This document shows positions 55,256 to 64,000 of a stretch of 64,000 nt of DNA, one piece after another. Within the stretch, counting starts at the first letter, position 1, and every line of letters begins with the position of its first letter. The notes under the pieces were generated by a model. The model made no database searches and was not told the DNA's origin. It saw only the letters and a list, made by a program, of their open reading frames with translations. Source of the stretch: Amoebidium appalachense (taxonomy: Eukaryota; Protista; Ichthyosporea); contig CAVNZM010000007.1 in the NCBI GenBank assembly GCA_963693365.1, forward strand, positions 915,979-979,978, read 5' to 3'. The position numbers and the translations under genes are program-made.

Positions 55256-55286
<31 letters not shown>

Positions 55287-56138
55287 ACACACACACCCTC
55301 TCCCGTCAGCTTTGTGATGTGGTGAATATCTATCTCTGGTTGTCCTGTTTGTGGTTTTTTCCAAGATACCACACTGACCAACCCCTTCTCCCTGTGCAGC
55401 TGATCGAGCTGTCTCAGCCCGCGCTGAAGGAGAAGAAGCCCGTGACGATTGACATGCGCATTGTCAACACGGACCGTGCATTTGCCACCACCCTCTCCCA
55501 CGAGGTGGTCAAGGCCCACGGCCCCGACGGCCTTCCCGACGGCACGATCCATATCAACCTCACTGGGTCTGCCGGGCAGTCTCTGGGTGCCTTCATGGCC
55601 AAGGGTGTGCTGGTCGAGCTGACGGGTGATGCCAACGATTATGTGGGCAAGGGCCTGAGCGGCGGCACCATCGTCATCAAGCCCAACAAGGTAAATAGCT
55701 TGATTGGGGTTGAAGAGGGGGGGGAGGGGAGAGGGCGGCATGCTGTAGTACTATGCTCTCTTATGTTCTGTCTCGGATATGTTTGAATGTGGGTATACTG
55801 GATTGTATACTGATGGTTGGGTTGGGTGCAGTACCACGACGGGTACAAGGCCGAGGAGAACGTGATTGCCGGCAACGTGTGCCTGTACGGTGCCACCACC
55901 GGTGAGGCCTACTTCCGCGGTATCGTGGCCGAGCGCTTCTGTGTGCGCAACTCTGGTGCCACGGCCGTGTGCGAGGGCTGTGGTGACCACGGCTGCGAGT
56001 ACATGGTACGTGTGTGTTCGTGGGACTGTATGAGATATCGCATAGTGATGAATAGCACTCTGCATGCACGAGCACAGTTGCTGCCACTTTTCGAAACTGC
56101 AAGCCTTGTATGAACACAGCCAGCAGCCAGCTGGATAT

Positions 56139-56202
<64 letters not shown>

Positions 56203-58152
56203 CCTTCCCTGGCACCCACACGTGCACACACACTTTCCACTCACAACTTCTGTGTAGGTGGGTGCATGCAAACCAACCCTAAATGCGCATCTCTGTTGCA
56301 TGCACAATCACTACGCACGTCCCATGCATGCTCACATACCTGTTACCCACACGATTTATTCACACACAGTCACGTGTTCTGCATGCATACACACCCACCA
56401 CACACGTACCGCTTTACATAGCTGCATACAATAACATCACACACCCCCATCCATCACATCTACTTGATGGTTCTTTTCCTCACCCCTGTTTCTCCTGTGC
56501 ACAGACTGGTGGTCGTGCCGTTGTTCTAGGTGGCACTGGGCGCAACTTTGCTGCCGGTATGTCTGGTGGTATTGCCTACGTGCTTGATGAGGCCAAGACG
56601 TTCGATAAGATGGTCAACCCCGAGCTGGTGGGCCTGTACCCCATCGAGGAGCAGGAGGATGACGAGTGGCTCAAGTGAGTGTCCTGTGTGTGCATGCAGC
56701 ATGATGTTGGTGCACTTTGATGCACATGCTTCAGTCTAGTTGCATGAACGCTTCAGTCTAGTTGCATGAACTTTGTATGCCCAAATGGGGAACCGTGATA
56801 TCAGATGGGTTAATGGGGGGGGGGGGGGGGGGGGGAGAAATGGGAAGTGCTTGGTGGAGTATAGTGGTTGTTTGAACAAGGTGTGGAGACAATTGACCAG
56901 TCATTATACGAGATGGGTTACTGCTTTTGGGGGGGGGGGGGGGGGGGGGAAGGGGTCATCAAGAGAGGCAGTGGTTTATCTGTGGGGTGTTTGAGGGGAG
57001 AGGGGGGATATAGAATGATGCAATGAATGTGTACCAACGTCTTCTGCCCCCCCAGGGCCACGCTCGAGAAGCACCTGCAGTACACCGGGTCCGAGGTGGC
57101 TCAGCGGCTGCTTGGCGACTGGGCCACGGGCAAGACCAAGTTCGTCAAGGTCTACCCCCACGACTTCAAGAAGGTCGTGGATGCTAAGAAGGCCGCAGCT
57201 GCCGCCCCTGCCCCCGCACCCGAGCCAGTCAAGGAGGAGGCACCAAAGAAGGAGCCGGCCATGATGGATCTCGAGGATGCAATCACGGATGCCGATGCTG
57301 AGAAGAAGAAGGCTGAGCGCTGGAAGAAGCTGGACAAGACCAAGGGCTTCATGAAGTACAAGCGCCAGACGGACGGCTACCGTGACCCTGCCAAGCGTCT
57401 CAAGGACTTTGAAGAGATCAACAAGAGGCTCAAGGACGAGGAGCTGAACGTGCAGGGTGCGCGCTGCATGGACTGCGGTGTGCCCTTCTGCCAGTCCGAC
57501 ACCGGCTGCCCCCTCGGCAACGTCATTCCCATGTGGAACGACCTGGTCTACCGCAACCAGTGGCGTGAGGTGTGTATGTTGTGCCGTCTTTCTCTCTAAT
57601 GTTTCTCTTCCCATCTGCCCCCCCCCCCCCCCCCCCCCCTGTCTCTCTCTCTTTCTGTGCATGGCTAGTAGTGTGTGCCGTGTGCTCACACCATTTCTCC
57701 TTTGCAGGCTCTGGACCGCCTGCTGCTGACCAACAACTTCCCCGAGTTCACTGGCCGTGTGTGCCCGGCCCCCTGCGAGGGTGCGTGCGTGCTGGGCATC
57801 AACGAGCCCGCCGTGGCCATCAAGTCAATCGAATGCGCCATTATCGACAAGGGCTTTGAGAACGGCTGGATCGTGCCCAACCCCCCCAAGGTGCGCACCG
57901 GCAAGAAGGTGGCCGTCATTGGCGGTGGCCCTGCCGGCATGGCTGCTGCCGACCAGCTCAACAAGATGGGCCACCTGGTCACTGTGTATGAGCGCGAGGA
58001 CCGCATTGGTGGTCTGCTGATGTACGGCATCCCCAACATGAAGCTTGACAAGCGCCACGTCCAGGTACCTTAGTCCTCCCTTCACCTTCATCTGCCTCCT
58101 ATTGTGCCTGCTCTTTCCCTGTCTCTCGGTTTGTAGTTCCTTCCTAGAGGCA

Positions 58153-58201
<49 letters not shown>

Positions 58202-59933
58202 CTCCCACCTGCAATGTTTCTTTTGACTAAGGCTACTGGCCATGCGATACAAGGCGTGATGCACACAGCACATCTGACCATATGTTCCACCCTGCAGCGC
58301 CGCGTGGACCTCCTTGCTGCCGAGGGCATCACGTTCGTGACCAAGGCCGATGTGGGCAAGAATGTGGATGCCAAGAAGATCTACGACGAGAACGATGCCG
58401 TCGTCCTGACCGTCGGTGCCACCTGGCCACGCAACCTGCCCGTCAAGGGCCGCGAGCTCAACGGGGTCTACTTTGCCATGGACTTCCTCACTCCCACCAC
58501 TAAGGTATGCTTGAATGCACCTTCCCCTTTTCCGGGTGCTGTGAGCCTGGACTATGTCACCCGCTGCATGCACATTTGTCAATATTTCCTCTCCCCCCCC
58601 CCCCCCCCCCCCCTTTCCATGGATATACTTGGACTTGCACATACCGATTTTTTGCACCTTCATACTCGGACATGTAAGAAATTAGGCTTCTTACCTCTTC
58701 TTGTTGAGAAGCTACGGAACTAGACATGCTTAGGCTCGCACATGCTAACACGTATCCCTCCCACAGAACCTGCTGGACAAGGGGCTGACGGACCGGGACT
58801 TCCCCATCAACGCCAAGGGCAAGCACGTGATTGTGATTGGTGGTGGTGACACCGGCAACGACTGCATTGGCACGTCCATGCGCATGGGTGCTGCCTCGGT
58901 CACCAGCTTCGAGATTCTTCCCCAGCCTCCCCCAAGCCGCGCTGACGACAACCCCTGGCCCCAGTGGCCCCGCATCTTCCGTGTGGACTACGGCCACGAG
59001 GAGGTGTGTGCTCGACATGGTCATATCGATCTATCGTTTTTTTTTGGGGGGGGGGGGGGGGGGGGGGGGGTTTCATAGTTGGTGACAGCAGCCACAGAAG
59101 GGGTTAAGTGGGCCTTTGTAGAACACGGCATGTGCTGTGGTAGTTACATGCTGTGGCTGCTGTGTGTGTGAAGGGGGGGGGGGGGGGGGGGGGGGGGTTG
59201 CGACGGGGGATGTGGTCGATTGGCGAAGTGAAGTGAATACTAAGACGTGTGTGCACAGGTCAAGTCGCAGTTCTCCCGCGACCCCCGCCTGTACAACATC
59301 ATGACCAAGGAGTTTGTGGGCGATGAGAACGGCAACATCAAGTCCGTCACCACGGTCAGCGTCGAGTGGGTCAAGGACGACAAGGGGTATGTGTGCCACC
59401 ATGCACATATGACATGCCTCACCTCGCTGTTAATGTTTACTCACGCACACCTTGTGCACATGCAGACGTGTACAAACACACTAGCACATTCACTGTGCAC
59501 ACACAACTAATTGTGCACAGTGAAACTCACTACATGACCTTACTTCTTTTCCTCGACCGTTTGTATTTTCCTCCCTATAAGTAGCAGCTCTGGCTAACCC
59601 CCCCCCCCCCCCCCAGCAACTGGAAGATGGGTGAGGTGCCTGGCTCTGAGCAGACGTTCCAGGCCGACCTCGTGTTCCTGGCCATGGGCTTCCTTGGGCC
59701 CGAGAGCTACCTGAAGGATGCCCTGGGTGTGGAGGTCGACCCCCGCTCCAACTACAAGACCCCCGCCAACAAGTACAACACAACCATCCCCAAGGTATGT
59801 TCTCTGAGTCTCGCATGATTTTGTCCTCGAATCTGCCTGCCTTGCTCTAGCTCCTCATTCTCCCCGCTCCTCCCCCTCCCCTCCCAATCCGCAAGCTACG
59901 GCACCTCAGTAGCTCCTGCGTGCGCAACACCGC

Positions 59934-59967
<34 letters not shown>

Positions 59968-60207
59968 CTGCCGTGTTATCTTTCATTACATTACAGAAAA
60001 AGGACACTGACCCTCCTCCCCTTGCAGGTGTATGCTGCCGGTGACTGCAGGCGAGGGCAGTCTCTGATTGTGTGGGCCATCAGCGAGGGCCGCCAGGTGG
60101 CCCGCCAGGTCGACCTCGACCTCATGGGCTCCACCGTCCTGCCCGTGCCCGGTGGTGTCATCCCCAAGCGCCAAGAAATCGGCTCCCCTACCCTCCCAGG
60201 CCGCTAA
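47699..60207 (+). CDS. GLT1: NADH-dependent glutamate synthase (eukaryotic fused alpha+beta GOGAT), 23 coding exons, 6273 nt, about 2090 aa
   Basis: Exons: 47699-47716, 48159-48300, 48620-48778, 48903-49084, 49353-49940, 50124-50438, 50729-50897, 51192-51532, 51774-51900, 52402-52580, 52928-53194, 53535-54429, 54733-55187, 55400-55690, 55832-56005, 56505-56674, 57056-57569, 57708-58064, 58298-58504, 58767-59003, 59259-59386, 59617-59794, 60028-60207. All are GT-AG and in phase. Motifs: [14 protein letters not shown] (Ntn Cys1), [84 protein letters not shown] (3Fe-4S), [31 protein letters not shown]. Confidence 0.98.
53259..53338 (+). repeat. 5'-truncated copy of the poly(C)-terminated repeat (GLT1 intron 11)
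   Basis: CATACTCTTTATGTATGGCTTGCATTCTGCATCGTGTTATCCGTTGTTCTTGTGTACTTTGTACTTTATGACGCATTCAA followed by poly(C). Confidence 0.9.
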
Positions 60208-60839
60208 ACACTTTGTAGTATCACCGACATAGTGTTCTTGTTGGACTTGTACTTAACCACCACCACCACCACCGCAACAATCTTTATTGATCATAACGAA
60301 TTAAGGGTGGTGTGTGGTTGTGGGTGTTCTTAAGTGCCCGAGGTTCTGTGTTTGGCAGAGCCACTAGCCGGCCGTCGGGTTGCCGTTTTGTATTCCTGTG
60401 CCTTTGGGTTTGTGCGTGGTGGACACTCAGCCCCGCATACCCCCTCGTTTTGTACACGTAGTATGCATGACTGAAGTATAAATAAACCTATGTATGTACA
60501 TATCATGGTAGTGAAGGTGAATGCCACACAGTATGTGGCCGTTTTGGGGGGCAGATGAGCTTTGGGTGCGGGCTGGGCCTGTGTGACTGACTGACTGATT
60601 GAATAAAATGTATTCTTATGCTGAGTTCCCTGGCCTAAATACACTGAACACTTTGAAATTCCTGGCTGCGACCTGCGCTCTGACCTGTAGGTTGCCAAGT
60701 GTACACAGACACCGTAGACAAGTGGTTTTTAGACACCTGAGCCTTAACCACACTGTTAGAGGCATGATTACACTGCTAAATGGCAACTGACAAGCGGGTG
60801 TGCGCAGAAGAGAGGAGAGGGTCTTTGTGCTTTGCGGTC

Positions 60840-60874
<35 letters not shown>

Positions 60875-60889
60875 CTCCCTCCCTCGGAC

Positions 60890-62146
60890 TCCAACGGAGC
60901 CACCAAATGAATATGGGCCACACGTGCAAGGCAAACCTTATGATCCTTAACATAGACAAATGTGGTGTTCTTGTACCTGATATAGCTAACAATTTACACA
61001 CATTTACATTATCATCTAAACCTGTACCTATAGTTCCAGAATACAAATATCTTGGTGTTCCGGTTGATTCTGTTGGTGTTATGTTTCCCCATATGGTCGA
61101 AAAGAGGGTAGAGTTGGCTCGTAAGCGGTTAGCTTTCTTCTTGGCTAATATTTTTAAAGACACACCCCTCCATCCTTCTATTAGACTTACATTTATTCGC
61201 ACTTTTGTCTTCCCGGCATGTGAATATGGTTTACCCCTTCTCGCCGCTTGGATCAAGAAAGAGAGAACTAGAGCGCTTACTGTGACCCTTGGCAAATTTC
61301 CTTGGAGCAGAAGTTGCCTCCTTTCTAACAACTGTTGTAAACCTGGGCCTGTAACACTCTCGATATATGGTCTGGTCCCAATAGCTGCTAGAGTATCCTA
61401 TCTCGCGCTGAAATTCAATAAGCACATAAGCCGCTTAAAGAAGTATTTGCCCTCCCACCCTCTCTTCTCTATCCGACCTGTCCCCTCCTCACCTCTCCCC
61501 TCTTTCCTCCCCTCTCTCTCCCCTTCTCCCCTGGGCACAAATACAAATAAACCCCGCAATAGTGTGTGTGTGACTTTGGACTGCCACTTACTTATTAAAC
61601 ATGTACACAATCACAAGATAATCACGCAATATATAACAAATGGAAAAAGATACCACACGACACTAGACCCGATGAAAGCATACACCTTGAAGGCTAAGCC
61701 TTATGTCTCGTTTTATATATACTGACCGCCTCAACCATATTGCCAAATATGGCACTCGCAAATGTATAACACCTAAATACATATTACCTTCCTGTAGAAC
61801 TGGTCTTTCTCTAGCTGATGGTATTATTGATCAATTACCACGCTTTTACTGTACACGTGCTATACAGTGGAGATCTAATAAGTATAAGGTGGCATCATTT
61901 GCATGCCCAAACAACACACACACACACCAGTTTAACCGGTCATGTATCGCCAAATGTAGTTTGATAGACCACATAATACCGCAACACACACACGTCACAT
62001 TCACAACAGACACCCAGAAAGATAGCCTACCTGTAAATTACAACATCCTTGATTTTATACTAAACACGCGTAACTACGACCTGTTTATTAGATGTATTGA
62101 TTTGCTTGAGAAACACATCACTACAAAATTATAGCGCACGCGCACA

Positions 62147-62203
<57 letters not shown>
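60890..62203 (+). mobile_element. 5'-truncated non-LTR retrotransposon (RT C-terminus and Cys/His region) ending in a (CA)n tract
   Basis: LNIDKCGVL...PVPIVPEYKYLGVP...IRTFVFPACEYG are RT motif 6-7 and thumb sequences. A frameshift near 61705-61725 leads into ...AIQWRSNK...C...QFNRSCIAKC...ILDFILN...* (stop 62132-62134), followed at once by CGCACGCG(CA)n. The segment is intronless and AT-richer than host exons. Confidence 0.8.
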
Positions 62204-62205
<2 letters not shown>

Positions 62206-62264
62206 CCAGCTGATACCGAGTGTCCCAGGGGAGCCCCTTTAAAATATATATATATATATATATG

Positions 62265-62296
<32 letters not shown>

Positions 62297-62941
62297 TAAT
62301 AAATAATAATAAAAATAAAAAAAACAAAAAAAACGGGGAACCCCAACTAATTGATTTCTCCTTGTAGTCTTTATGGTGTCTCGTAGAGAAAGTAAACCCT
62401 GATATATAGTCATCACCCGACATCTATGTACGTGTTCATGATATACCGCTGAGGGGATATTCCGAGCAAAACCCCCCCCCCATACCTGAGACTGGTTTCT
62501 CTTTGCCTCGAGTAAACAGCGTAAACCCCCTGCACAATCTCACTCCTTTTTTCCTGCAACCTCACCCCCCCGGCTGTTCGCGTACACCAGATCGGATCCG
62601 TAGATATGTACAGCACCGTTGTGCACCTCACTACCCATATATACACCCCGATACCGTGACCTGAGCACCTGCCGTTATGTACGTACCGTAGCCTAAGCCT
62701 CATTTTTCACGCTTCATGGCACGTAGTACTACACCATAAAACACTTTACAAGGAGTCCGACACTCATGATCCTACACTCGTTGATCATGACCCTATGCAA
62801 TTGCGCAACCATGTGCATGCATGGCCATCGAAACTAATAATTGCAATATAATAGTTCATGCATCGTATCTCGAGAAGATCCGGAAAAGCTTGGCCTACTC
62901 AAGATGAGTCTGGCTTAGCTATAGGCCAAGATTATCGCATG

Positions 62942-63395
62942 TGCACACCCTTTGAGTTCTATTTTCCGAACATACGCGTACTGTATTTACATGGGCACAC
63001 CCTTTGAGCTCTATTTTCCGAACATACGCGTACTGTATTTACATGGGCACACCCTTTGAGTTCTATTTTCCGAACATACGCGTACTGTATTTACATGGGC
63101 ACACCCTTTGAGTTCTATTTTCCGAACATACGCGTACTGTATTTACATGGGCACACCCTTTGAGTTCTATTTTCAGAACATACGCGTACTGTATTTACAT
63201 GGGCACACCCTTTGAGTTCTATTTTCCGAACATACGCGTACTGTATTTACATGGGCACACCTTGAGTTCTATTTTCAGAACATACGCGTACTGTATTTAC
63301 ATGGGCACACCCTTTGAGTTCTATTTTCAGAACATACGCGTACTGTATTTACATGGGCACACCCTTTGAGTTCTATTTTCAGAACATACGCGTAC
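62942..63395. repeat. 52-bp tandem minisatellite, about 8.7 copies (CACACCCTTTGAGTTCTATTTTC[C/A]GAACATACGCGTACTGTATTTACATGGG)
   Basis: Units start at 62944, 62996, 63048, 63100, 63152, 63204, 63256 (2-nt deletion), 63306 and 63358. There are no unique spacers. Confidence 0.97.
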
Positions 63396-63606
63396 GCGTT
63401 CACCGTGTACTCCACGTCCGGGGCCCAGCCACACACTTTCACTTTTGTCGATTGCCATCCTTGTAGGCTACACAACGGGTGATTTCGAGTCACTCCAGCC
63501 CTTTCCGGCTTCAGTGGCGCACATGCATATGCATATTCTCTCTTCCCCCCCCCCCCCCCTCAAAGTTAAGGCCTTAAAAAAAAATTTCCTCCTCCGGACA
63601 GCCATT

Positions 63607-63649
<43 letters not shown>

Positions 63650-63817
63650 CCCGGCCCGGCTGCCGCAGTGCGCACGTACATACATACACACACACACACA
63701 CTCAGATGGACAAATTGAATACGAGTTTAGAAAAGGTTTTTTTTTCAAAGCATATGCAAGTCCACCCAGCACTGCTATACGTCGACTTTTCAAGTTGGTC
63801 CCCACATGTCACTGGCA

Positions 63818-63851
<34 letters not shown>

Positions 63852-64000
63852 AAAAATAAACATCACGGCCCAATCAAGCCATATCATTAATTACTAAGTG
63901 CCAAACCAATGCCATTTATTGGCTAAGTTAAATTTGTAAGTCAAAAAGATCTTCATGGAAAAAAGGAATTACGAAAACACGTGAAAAATAGTGGTCGCAG

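Noticed and set aside
62942-63395. CRISPR-like appearance of the 52-bp array
   Set aside because: Units are contiguous with no unique spacers, there are no cas genes, and the context is eukaryotic.

Overview
Eukaryotic, intron-rich DNA with GT-AG introns and CTRAC/CTAAC branch points, full of (CA/GT)n, (GA/CT)n and poly(C)/poly(G) tracts. Most ORFs in the supplied track are translations of these repeats. Manual splicing gives five recognisable genes: the 3' part of a PH-domain protein (+, 13-2084), a synaptogyrin/MARVEL protein (-, about 24.9-28.7 kb) head-to-head with a J-domain/DnaJ-X protein (+, 29.4-38.3 kb), a divergent RhoGDI-like protein (+, 41.3-44.6 kb), and a complete 23-exon NADH glutamate synthase of about 2090 aa (+, 47699-60207). 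There is also a weakly supported dsRBD-like gene end (-, about 19 kb). Mobile and repeat content includes three or four non-LTR retrotransposon remnants, a 3.1 kb element with 17-bp TIRs and an ATA target duplication, a 52-bp tandem array, a G-rich 12-mer array and a roughly 40-bp hairpin. The most intriguing signal is a 100-190 bp interspersed repeat with about 12 copies. It ends in poly(C), lies sense to its host genes and carries hammerhead-like core motifs, but an assembly artefact is not excluded. The gene mix suggests a unicellular holozoan such as an ichthyosporean; this is inference only.
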